In this document: piece by piece, positions 52,914 through 64,000 of the stretch
How positions within the stretch are numbered: position 1 is the stretch's first letter
Layout of the letters: every line of letters begins with the position of its first letter
Assembly: GCF_006345805.1 (NCBI RefSeq)
Contig: NC_043002.1
Location: 16,740,001 to 16,804,000 of the forward strand
Source: Octopus sinensis
Lineage: Eukaryota
Direction: 5' to 3'
Length of the DNA stretch: 64,000 nt
Position numbers and translations under genes: made by a program
Notes under the pieces: model-generated
Databases searched by the model: none
The model's input: the letters and a program-made list of their open reading frames with translations, nothing else
Told to the model about the DNA's origin: nothing

Positions 52914-53566
52914 TATATATTTATATTATAATCAGAGATACTGTCTCACCTTCTTTCTATTTGTTTCTCCGTCTTTCTCGGTCAAATATTTACCGTTTTT
53001 TTACTTATCCACACACCGTCTCTCCCGGTCATTCTCTCTCTTTCTTTGTCTCTCTTCCTTCTTTCTTTTCTGCTTCTCCCTACATTTCTCCACTCCTCTT
53101 ATTTTCTCCTTTCTAGCACCTCCCTCTCTTTGCATTGCCACATCCTCGCCACCACTCTCAGCCTACCTTTATACCTTTCAATACCCGTTTTCTTTCTCCA
53201 CACCCTTTTCGGTACCACTTAGCCATTCAGTTTCTCTTTTCACATAGCGTTCCGCTACTTGACTGCTGACCATTTCATTCATGCACTCTAGGGCTCTCAC
53301 CTAAGCACGCACTTTCAAATCCTGGTGCGTCTCATTTTCTATCCATTTTTACCAATTAATCACTCTAGATAATTCTCAAGGCACATTTTCATTTGCCTTA
53401 CTTCTGAAAGTTTTAACGTACGCTGTCTATAAGCTAAAAGGCCTGCAACGATTGTCATTGGATTACATTTTGTCCATTCCATCATTGATAAAATGAATCT
53501 ATTTTTGATCCACAACGCATCGCAACGAGTGAAGAAATGAAAAATTTCTTATTGAACTTGTTAAAA

Positions 53567-53834
53567 TTTGGAGTAAAGATTATTTGCCAACATATCATGG
53601 CAGGCATGGTTCAGGGCGAATGTTAGTGTTTATTTCCCTTCGTCTCGGAAATCGTGATACACAGATATTGTTTTGAGCTGAGTGGGGCTGCTAGATTTCC
53701 TTGTTCGAAAATATAATGACGTAGATCGTGTCGTATAGCCAACTGGAGACGATGTCTCCTGGGGCTAAATTACAGCAACATTCATCCTAAGCCAGGACTG
53801 CCATGTTATATTGGCAAATAATCTTTGCTCCAAA
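53567..53834. repeat. Older imperfect inverted repeat (about 60-bp arms)
   Basis: TTTGGAGTAAAGATTATTTGCCAACATATCATGGCAG... is mirrored by ...CTGCCATGTTATATTGGCAAATAATCTTTGCTCCAAA. Confidence 0.7.
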
Positions 53835-54597
53835 GTACTGATGCTGAATATCTCTCGATGTGAATTTTACAAATAGCAATTTATTAAAATTTGCTGTGAA
53901 TATTGCTTTGGCGTCAAGATCCAGTATGCTGGCTAATATGTGAATGTGACATGCAAAATATATTACATAAGGACCTACTATCCAGCATCGTTTTGTTCTT
54001 TTAGCAGATATTACATTTTATATAAACTGGGTAGCCAAAAGCTATAACATCAAAAGTTGATGATTCATCGATATCAATAACAGAATTAATCTAAAAATAG
54101 TTTCTAACACATTTTCTACTTCATTATTTGTACCTTTTAATTTATTTATTTTTACAAAACCTCGCGATACTTCGCGTAATTTTTATACATTTTACATGTA
54201 GTCCATATGGTTCTGAATATACGCGTATATCATTAATAGCGTGAATAAAAGTGTATATAGTCCCTTCCTTACTAAGTATATTGGATGGCATTAAAGCAAT
54301 TTACGACTGACTTAACATAAATTTTGATGGTATACCTGTTGAAATTGAAATTAAATTTGGTTCCTTTTGATCTTAGTATATTTCCTGGTAGGACTGTTCT
54401 AGATTTATTGCATATACTTAATGCATTCTTTTATATGAAACATCAAATGATATCAAATAAAATGAAACAAAAAAACTTATGAAGCTCTTAGTGTAATGTC
54501 AATAGATATATTTCAAACATTTTGGATTAATTTAAAATCCCTGTTTTTTGTACTTCAAATGCTTATACGTCTAGTTATACACACATGCATGCAACCA

Positions 54598-54709
<112 letters not shown>

Positions 54710-55296
54710 TATATATATATATAATATGTATGTATGTATGTATATATATGTATGTATGTATGTATGTATATATATATATATAAGTTTACACATATAAATC
54801 GGTCTATCTAAATATCTGCATCTATTTCTGCACACATAAAAACACACACACACAAGCACACACACAGACACATAGAAGAATGTGTGTGCGCGTGCGTATA
54901 AACTATACAGAAATAAAGATGAAACAATATATATTTTATTGGCAGGTATGACGTCACATATTTTAGAGGAAATGATAAAAAAATCTTTGTAACTCACTTT
55001 TATGATCGATAGTATGTATCGAGATAAAGTTTACACATCAATGAGTTATAAAGCTTCGGAACGCGGGAATTGAATATTATTTTGCCTTTACTTACTCTAG
55101 ATTACAATTTGAAGTATTATAACGCAGGATAGATCATAACGTTAAAGGTAAAAGCGTTGTCCTACAGTATAACCAATTGAATCATGAATAGAAAATATTA
55201 TGTCCTAAGCAAAAATATTTAGTAATAATAATTCTAAACCTCTTTACACATTTCAAGCTATATATTTCTAGAAATCATGAGTACTTTTGCCATATA

Positions 55297-55445
55297 GGCG
55301 TAGATGTGACTGTGTGGTTAGAAGCTTGGTTCCCAACTACGTGATTCTGGGTTTAATCCTACTACGTGGCACTTTGGGTGACTGCCTTCTATTATAGTGT
55401 CGAGTTTGGATTTGGTGCACAGAAAGAAGCCCGTCGTATATACGT
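55297..55445 (+). mobile_element. SINE family B 5' half running into about 420 bp of (TA)n(TG)n
   Basis: GGCGTAGATGTGACTGTGTGG...GAAAGAAGCCCGTCGTATA. Confidence 0.75.
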
Positions 55446-55458
55446 ATGTATGTGCATT

Positions 55459-55462
<4 letters not shown>

Positions 55463-55546
<84 letters not shown>

Positions 55547-55554
55547 CATATATG

Positions 55555-55621
<67 letters not shown>

Positions 55622-55629
55622 CATATATG

Positions 55630-55666
<37 letters not shown>

Positions 55667-55784
55667 TACATATATGTATATATAATATATATATATATGT
55701 ATGTATATATATATATATGTATGTACATATATATATATACATATATGTATGTATATGTATATATATATATCAATATATATTATG

Positions 55785-55850
<66 letters not shown>

Positions 55851-55870
55851 CGTGTGTGTGTGTGTGTTTG
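55463..55870. repeat. Long imperfect (TA)n followed by (TG)n
   Basis: Directly visible. Similar tracts lie at 8459-8535, 14226-14281, 24700-24935, 52048-52190, 54597-54782 and 60477-60632. Confidence 0.95.
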
Positions 55871-55912
55871 TGAGCTGTGTGTATATTTGTTAATGTGTAC
55901 ATGCATTTGTAC

Positions 55913-56086
55913 ATTCTCTTATTCTATTACATGTTTCAGTCATTTGACTACCTCCATCCAGAAGGAACTTAGATGAAGAAATTGAGCTCAGGGCTAATGT
56001 TTTAAGCCTAGGTCTTATATTACGAGACGCTTTTGCCGAACCTCTAAGTTACAGGTACGTGAACAGACCAAAAGCGGTTTTCAACA
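55913..56086 (-). mobile_element. SINE family B 3' half, in opposite orientation to the 5' half at 55297
   Basis: TTCTATTACATGTTTCAGTCATTTGAC...TTTTGCCGAACCTCTAAGTTAC. Confidence 0.65.
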
Positions 56087-56093
56087 GATATAT

Positions 56094-56330
56094 CCTTTCG
56101 GGGTCGATGAAATAATCTTTTCAACTCTAGGCACAAAGACCTAAATTTTGGGAGAGAGGAGCAGTCGATTTGATCAACCCCTGTACGCAACCGGTACTTA
56201 AATTCTCGATCCTGAAAGGATGAAAGGCAAAGGCAGCCTCAGCGGAATTTCAACTCAGAACATAAAGACAGACGAAATACCGCTACGCATTTCGTCCGGC
56301 GTCCCAATGTTTCTTCCAGCTCGCCACCTT
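56094..56330 (-). mobile_element. SINE family A (alternative tail)
   Basis: ACTCTAGGCACAA...CCAGCTCGCCACC, preceded by a short plus-strand fragment CCTTTCGGGGTCGAT. Confidence 0.75.
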
Positions 56331-56788
56331 GGGTAGATGAGCAACGGCGTTGGCATAATCGACTTACTCCATTAACATAACATGTGCTCAAATTTGAAAC
56401 CAGTATTTTTGGTTTTCCTAATATTTTCATATTGTGTTATTAAGGTTTGCTTGACAACAGCAAATCTGACTCACGGCGAGCAACAACAATAGTAACAGCA
56501 ATAACGATCACAGCTTCCTCTCCAGCATCAACAAAGGAGATAAAAATCAAACAATAACTTTCTTTAGTGACGATAACAACAACGTAAATATAGGACAGTG
56601 AACCGTGTTATGGATAAGAGAGAAGGATATAATAGAAAAAAGAAACAAAGAAATACTTCGATTTATTTTGTTTTTGTTGTTAATATATCCTAGCTAAATT
56701 AGAACATCAAATACAACAGCGATGATGTTACTATGAACAGCAAAAAGCTTGAACACACAAGAAAAAGAAAGAATAAGGACTACGCCAT

Positions 56789-57090
56789 GGGCATATGGTG
56801 TAGTGGTTAAGAGCGCGGGCTACTAACCTCAAGATTCCGAGTTCGATTCCAAGCAGTTACCTGAACAATAATAATACCAATACCAATAATAATAATAATA
56901 ATAATAACATCGAAAAATACCTTAGGAATGAGAACCCATGTTCAAAATTTCCCCAAGACACCTGAAGAAGGCTGGAGGGTATATCAGCCGAAACGTTGTG
57001 TTGACAACGAACAAGATGAGGACAAATATCCGTCGAATGTGGATAACGTAAATATTGTACATAATTTATCATCTCTTAAATATAGAACTG
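56789..57090 (+). mobile_element. tRNA-headed SINE (family D) with (AAT)n linker and hammerhead-containing tail
   Basis: A box TGGTGTAGTGG (56796-56806), anticodon-like arm GGGCTACTAACC, B box GAGTTCGATTCC (56839-56850), (AAT)n, then a hammerhead motif at 56957-57002. Confidence 0.8.
56957..57002 (+). ncRNA. Minimal hammerhead motif inside the SINE
   Basis: GACAC-CTGAAGA-A-GGCTG(GAGGGTATAT)CAGCC-GAAA-C-GTT/GTGTT. Stems I and II are 5 bp each, and AACGTT is palindromic. Confidence 0.7.
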
Positions 57091-57106
57091 AAGGAAAAAA
57101 TCTGCT

Positions 57107-57897
57107 TTTCTTTTCTACTCTAGGAAATTTTTGGAGATGGGGTCAGTCGATTAGATCGACACCAGTACGCAACTAGTATTAATTTATCAACACCAAAATG
57201 ACGAGCAAAGTCAACCTCAGTGGAATTCGAAATCAGATCTTAAACACAGACAAAATACCTATTTCTTTACTACCCACGAGGGGCTAAACACAGAGGGGAC
57301 AAACAAAGACAGACAAATGGATTAAATCGATTACATCGACCCCAGTGCGTAACTGTTACTTATTTAATCGACCCCGAAATGTTGAAAGGCAAACTCGACT
57401 TTGGCGAAATTTGAACTCAGTACGTAACCGCAGACGAAATACCTATTTCTTTACTGCGCACAAGGGGCTAAACATAGAGAAGACAAACAGGGACAGACAA
57501 GCGGATTAAGTCGTTTATATCGAACCAAGTGCGTAGCTAGTACTTATTTAATCGACCTTGAAAGGATGAAAGGCAAAGTCGACCTCGGCGGAATTTGAAC
57601 TCACAACGTAGTGGCAGGCGAAATATCACTAAGCATTTCGACTGGTGTGCTAACATTTCTGCCATCTCATCGCCTTTAAAAAGATTTGTTCTATTATAGA
57701 CACAAAACTTGAAATTTGGGGTGAAGGAGCCAGTCGATTATATCGATTCCAGTATGTTACTGGTACTTAATTTTACAATCCCGAAATTATGAAATGTAAA
57801 ATCGATCTCGGTAGAGTTTGAACTTAGAACGCAGCAGCTGACGAAATACGGCGAAGCATTCCGCCTGGCGTTCTAACGCTTCTGCCAGCTCGCCGCC
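57107..57897 (-). mobile_element. Array of about 4 SINE family A units
   Basis: Units lie at about 57107-57255, 57256-57440, 57441-57675 and 57686-57897. Confidence 0.85.
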
Positions 57898-58245
57898 CGA
57901 AGAAATCTGCTATTCATCGCCACAAAAACAGTAAGCATTGCAGAAGAAGAAGAAGAACAACAAAACGTACAACAAAAATATAACGAACAATAATTGTAGC
58001 AACATTAACGATAGCAGAAGCAACGTCCAAATTATACAGAAATTTGACCTGTACTTTCCTGAATTGATTCACTACTCCTTTCTCCCTCTAACTCACCCAC
58101 TCCTATCACAGATTTTGAAATGACCACATTGCTCCAACTACTGCATCAACTAATCTTCTCACAACGCCCCTGCTGCTACCAATTTACTTTTGCTGCTTCG
58201 GCTACTCGTAGAACCGTCGCAATCGACTACTATTCTCTCTATAAT

Positions 58246-58268
58246 ATACTACTACTACTACTACTACT

Positions 58269-58318
<50 letters not shown>

Positions 58319-58337
58319 AGCTACCCCTACTACTACT
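58246..58337. repeat. (CTA)n microsatellite
   Basis: Directly visible in the sequence. Confidence 0.95.
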
Positions 58338-60049
58338 GGATACTGTTTTAGTCAACACTACTACTTGCATGTACTACCATTGTTACAAAATCACTTTATT
58401 TTTATTTATATTTTTTGTTGGCTGGTGCAATATGCCACCTGGTTTCTCACCACTGTCTGCACCTAGCAGTAGACTGGACTCAAGCAATTAATTGAGTCCA
58501 ATCTACTGCAAGCATTTGAAACATGACTCCTGATTGGAGTTCTTCGTGATATTTCAACGCACTATTAAATATACACTTTCATATACGGCGAGAACATAAA
58601 CCCAAAATCCCCTCTCGTTCGCCATTATCCAGGACAAAGTCTTTACCATTTGGAACCATGCGGCGAACTGACAGCCCTTTATAGATATTTCTTTGCTGGG
58701 CGGAAGAGAAAAGATATATTTATTGCAGTATACTCTCAATAAGTTCTCCTGTTCCCAGCTTTATGTTCTGTTCTTCACAGGCTTTTTTCTATACATCAAC
58801 GCTCTACTTGAGACCACATCGAACAACGTTCACTCTCGTGAAGCTGGTGCAACCTTTCCTTTCTTCCTAGTCTTCTATATTTCTGCATCATCCGCACACA
58901 ATCCAGGCTCCTCATACCAAACTCGAATTTATTACCTAATTCACACATTTAACGAAAAATAAAAACGATCAGCCAATCATATCAAGGAAACACCACCATT
59001 CCGCCCCACGTAGTATATGAGTGTCACCATAGGTACTTCGAATCTTGAGTTACAGTATGAAAAAGAGGGTTTCCTGGTGCAAGCACAATCTCAAGGAGGC
59101 TGATATCAGATGGCAAAGACAAACCCTTCTCTTTTGTGTCAAAATATACTCAAGGCCCCAACAAGTGCCGATTATCTACAGGCCACATTTCTGGTCTGCA
59201 ATGGTGTACTGCTCCTGTATTTGAGACAGTGTTGTCGTTGTGTACACTGATACCTTGCACCATTATCAGAGCTGGGCCACTCGGCTAATTGGCAATTCAT
59301 CAGTAACGGAAACATTGTAATCGCTACCCTTCAGGCGAGCTATCTTACACTTTTATACATCTGCTCTAAAATAATCTGTTCTACAGAATTAGCTGGTCTG
59401 GTACTTATAGCACTTAATTACCCACTAACCACTTGAGTCTTCATATCTCCGCAACTGCAGTGATGCGACTAACATTGCTTGCACTAATATCTATGCAAAA
59501 CCCTCATCTTCAAAGCATCAGCCCTCTTGAATATCCTCTTGCATGTATTTTTATAGGCGGGTTAATCCACAAATAGTTTCAATGGAGCGTTAAGAACATC
59601 AATCTCAGTAATCCCGGAGGATCTGCAAGGTTTGTATTTCTCGGAAAATATTCTCGACCATAAAAGAAAAAAAATCATTATGTTTAAATGATTAACTCTT
59701 TCTTACTCATAGTGCCTCTGTCACTCATCTTACATACATGCAGGCGCACACAGACACACATACACATACCCAACCATACTCGTAAGTATGAATGCACACA
59801 CGCAGATATAAATATATGGAGGTATGTATACGTATATTTTTCTACATACGCATACGTTTATGCTAGTCATATATACAAATAAGATGGATAGATACATCAA
59901 TAGGTAAATAAACAAACAGCCACCTCTCTCCACGTACACGCATATACGTAGAACTCACAAACTAACTAGGAGATGAACAGAGCGGTAAATAAATTGAAAG
60001 ATATAGATGAATATGTGATTGTAAAAACCGATGTATATTATGATACGTG

Positions 60050-60094
<45 letters not shown>

Positions 60095-60544
60095 TATAAT
60101 ACTATCGTTTAAATGTTTAATAGGCATAAATCCCTGGTGAACTTTCAGTTGATTGATATCAATTTAATATATAAACAATCTGTCAATTTGAAATCATTGT
60201 GATTATATAAACGTAGCAAAACCGCTACGTATGTATATAAAGAATATATATGCATATTCAACACACAAATATATACACACACATACAAACGCACACACAA
60301 AGCAAACACAGGCATACATACACATACGTATGCCTGTGTATGTGTGTGTGTGTGTGTATATATATATAACTGTATAATAATATATCATAATAATATATAT
60401 TCTCCGATTTGGAGCGACAATTTTTAGATACAAACAAATAAACCGTAACTTACAAAGCGTTTCTGGTTTGTATGCAAATATATAAATATATATATATGTA
60501 TGTATATATATATATATATACACACATGCATATATATATACATG

Positions 60545-60634
<90 letters not shown>

Positions 60635-61162
60635 CACGCAAAAACATGCATACACATATACACACTACATATGTGCTTTCACACAAACATGCACAAATAC
60701 AAGCGCAAGTTTTTTTCCTAATACACGTTTGAGTCTCAAGCTTTCAAATGTATTACTGCACTTTCTTTCTTTCCCTTCGCACGATAAAATGGAGAGTTGG
60801 GGTTTTTAATACAAATATTTTGAAACACTCCAAGCTATTCATATCTTTCGAATGGTCGAAAATTATACCAGTTCATAGTTATTTAATATACGTACGCTTT
60901 ATTTGAATATAAAATTTGGTTTATATAAAAATGCATACACATTTATGTGAAGAAGTATAATAAAGATATATTATAAAAGATGTATTATAAAAGAAATCAG
61001 AGAAATACACCACCAATGACGCACGCACATATCACATGCATATGCACATACACACCTGTGATGACTGGAGATTAATCCGAAACTTGAAAATCGTCGTCAA
61101 GAATTTCCCTGTAATTTCAATATGTTCTACTAGAATGTATTGAGTAACCCTCCAGTTTGCCC

Positions 61163-61392
61163 TTTTATTTTTCTTTTACTTGTTTCAGTAATTTGAGAGC
61201 GGCCATGCTGGATCACTGCCTTTAGTCGAAGGAATCGACCCCAGGACTTATTCTTTGTAAGCCTCGTACTTATTTTATCCGTCCTTTTTGCCGATCCGCT
61301 AAGTTACGGAGACGTAACCACACCAGCATCGGTTGTCAAACGATGTTGGGTGACAAACACACACACACAAACATACACACATACGCACACAC

Positions 61393-61429
<37 letters not shown>

Positions 61430-61606
61430 CATATATATATATACGACGGGCTTTTTTCAGTTTCCGTCAACCAAATACACTCCCAAGGCTTTGGTCAGCC
61501 CAAGGATATAGTAGAAGTCACTTGCCCAAGATGCCACGCAGCCGGACTGAACGTGGAACCATGTGGCTGGTAAGCAAGCTACTTACCACACAGCCACTCT
61601 TGCGCC
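61163..61606 (-). mobile_element. SINE family B
   Basis: Full-length match. Confidence 0.88.
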
Positions 61607-61723
61607 TGAAAGATGGAAATGCAAAATCGACCTCGGAGGAATTTGAACTCAGGGCGTAGCGACGGGTAAAATACTGTTAAGCATTTCGTCAAGCGTCCTA
61701 ACGAGTCTGCCAGCCCATCGCCG
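61607..61723 (-). mobile_element. SINE family A 5' half abutting a family B copy
   Basis: GCAAAATCGACCTCGGAGGAATTTGAACTCAG...CTGCCAGCCCATCGCC. Confidence 0.7.
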
Positions 61724-61767
61724 TTGAACATTTTTATAGACTAAATTTTCGCGCGTGTGTGTGTGAG

Positions 61768-61816
<49 letters not shown>

Positions 61817-62546
61817 ATGCGTTTGCGTACGTGAGTGTAGTGTGTAGGATCAACAAAATGTATTCCCTTCTTGTAATCTCTATTAAACTCAGAGCCACTA
61901 ATTTTTTTGCCACTGAGACACGTGATTAGGTAGATTTGTTAGAACGTGCATCGAGTATCCAAGTAATCTTCAGGATGGAGCACGTGGGTTATTTGTGATT
62001 CTGTCTTTAGCTTTGCTCTACTCATTACGTGAACAATCTCCCTAAGAACTTGTATCAATTAAGTGGGTAATCCCATCTTTGAAGATGGGCCTTGTTAGTA
62101 AGTCTAAAATACAGATTGGTTAATCCTTGTAAATTTATTTTACTGTTCAGCTCTCCAATTTCCCGACAATCAAATATATTGCTTAAAGCATGAGCAAAAT
62201 TTACGATTTCAGCTACAAATCTTAAAATTCTATAATTATCACTTGAATTCGTTTTATTTTATTACGATTTCATATAATTTAATTATCTCCCTGTAGTATC
62301 AAAAATATAGCCTGAAACAATTTAAAGCCTTCATATGTGTCTCTGATAGTGTTTTATTTTACTATCGTATTCTCATTTACAAGGCATTGGAGACGCATTC
62401 CAATTCACTGGTAGTTGACATTTATTCCACACACTACGACCTCAAATGACCTCGAAAATTTTTCTCGGTATCTGACCCCCACACATCCCGTCAATTACCA
62501 CAGCACGTATACTTCCTACTGCCCTTCCCTTAGAATAAACATAGTC

Positions 62547-62764
62547 TCTTTTACTCTTTTACTCTTTTACTTGTTTCAGTCATTTGACTGCGGCCATGCT
62601 GGGGCACCGCCTATAGTCGAGCAACTCGACCCCGGGACTTATTCTATGTAAGCCCAGTAGTTATTCTATCGGTCTCTTTTGCCGAACCGCTAAGTGACGG
62701 CGATATAAACACACCACCATCGGTTGTCAAGCAATACTAGGGGGACAAACACAGACACACAAAC

Positions 62765-62797
<33 letters not shown>

Positions 62798-62968
62798 CAT
62801 ATATACGACAGGCTTCTTTCAGTTTCCGTCTACCAAATCCACTCACAAGGCTTTGGTCGGCCCGAGGCTATAGTAGAAGACACTTGCCCAAGGTGCCACG
62901 CAGTGGGACTGAACCCGGAACCATGTGGTTGGTAAACAAGCTACTTACCACACTGCCACTCCTGCGCC
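62547..62968 (-). mobile_element. SINE family B
   Basis: Full-length match. Confidence 0.9.
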
Positions 62969-63036
62969 TGTGTCTGTTTATATCGTTTTTACACAGAATT
63001 CCCATCTAGATGATAAGCCTAATATTTTGTATATAT

Positions 63037-63088
<52 letters not shown>

Positions 63089-63094
63089 TGGGTA

Positions 63095-63155
<61 letters not shown>

Positions 63156-64000
63156 CAGACAGATATTTTTGTCCTTATCATTCCAGGGAACTCATAAACA
63201 GAGATCTGCTAGGGATAGCAATTAGACATTTACAATGTCTGCTATTAGTAAACAAAACCTCTGCTAAATTTCTCTGTCTGAATGTCAAATAGGTGAAAAT
63301 ATATACCAAAGCGATTGCTTTTCAGTTTAACAATGATCCAACTCGTTGCCTGATCAACTGCAAAAGTTGCGGAAAATTTACTCGGAAACACCAAGTGTAA
63401 ACCTTTAGATTGTTAGAAAATTACTTCACTGAGGAATGGTCGCTTCAACTCTGGTATAGTACTGCTTCCGTGGAACTCGTGAGTAAAAAATATACAACAT
63501 GAGCATCGATACACTTGAATTGCTTGAATATGAAAGTATCAAATATACGAGACGATATATTAAAATTGGAGAGAAAAGAAAGAGGGTGACGAATGGCTTT
63601 TCCGTTTACTTTGCTACAAATAATTTATAATAAATCCAACTTCGATAGATTATGTATTACCATTGGCAGATCTCTGCTTATGAGTTTTCTCGCCAGTCAT
63701 TGATGTTAAAGACTAAATGGGAAAAAACTGCGTGGTAAGAAGGAAAGAAAACAAGAAGTATAAAAGTCATCGATATGGATAATGTATGGAAGTCCACGAG
63801 TATAAAATGCTTTGTTTTACAGAAGAGAGGGAGCATACATACAGAAGTGTTAGGAAAATGAATGAGGAGACATGAAGACTGAAATGATTTCATAAAACCA
63901 CAATTGCATAACTGTTGAAGTTACGTAATCAATCCAGCAGAAAAGGGCTCCAGTCTTTGAGGAGTCGTTCAAATTGCTGAAATTCAGAGATACTTAAAAA

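Noticed and set aside
53710-53760. Hammerhead in the spacer of the 53567 inverted repeat (ATAATGA...GAGA-CGATGTC)
   Set aside because: Too many core mismatches to call.
56789-56860. tRNA gene call (also at 8991, 35520, 38613, 48394)
   Set aside because: There is no complete acceptor stem or T-run terminator, and the heads continue into repeat bodies, so they are SINE heads.
57107-57897. CRISPR-like or satellite array
   Set aside because: The units are SINE family A copies with no repeat-spacer structure, and the context is eukaryotic.
59285-59310. Minus-strand CTGATGA
   Set aside because: No downstream GAAA or stems.
58440-59640. Possible decayed LINE or coding region
   Set aside because: GC content is elevated, but I could not assign any motif.

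Overview
This is AT-rich, repeat-dense eukaryotic (metazoan) DNA. The SINE and microsatellite repertoire resembles that of octopod cephalopods, which is an inference from recall and was not verified. Only one intact host protein-coding ORF is recognisable: an intronless SMIM14 homologue at 28999-29307 (-). Nearly all other ORF-track entries are microsatellite or SINE artefacts. The rest consists of about 30 tRNA-derived SINE copies from 4 families, decayed R4/Dong, Tx1/L1, RTE, mariner and Helitron elements, and long simple repeats. The most notable signal is a recurrent set of fold-back (inverted-repeat) inserts, mostly next to (TA)n tracts. Several carry minimal type-I hammerhead ribozyme motifs, and one encloses the C-terminus of a Penelope GIY-YIG endonuclease. 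There is also a tRNA-headed SINE whose 3' half is a Penelope-type hammerhead. Together these suggest a ribozyme-bearing Penelope-like element system with non-autonomous, possibly Pol III-driven passengers. All structures were paired by eye, and no folding or database search was run.
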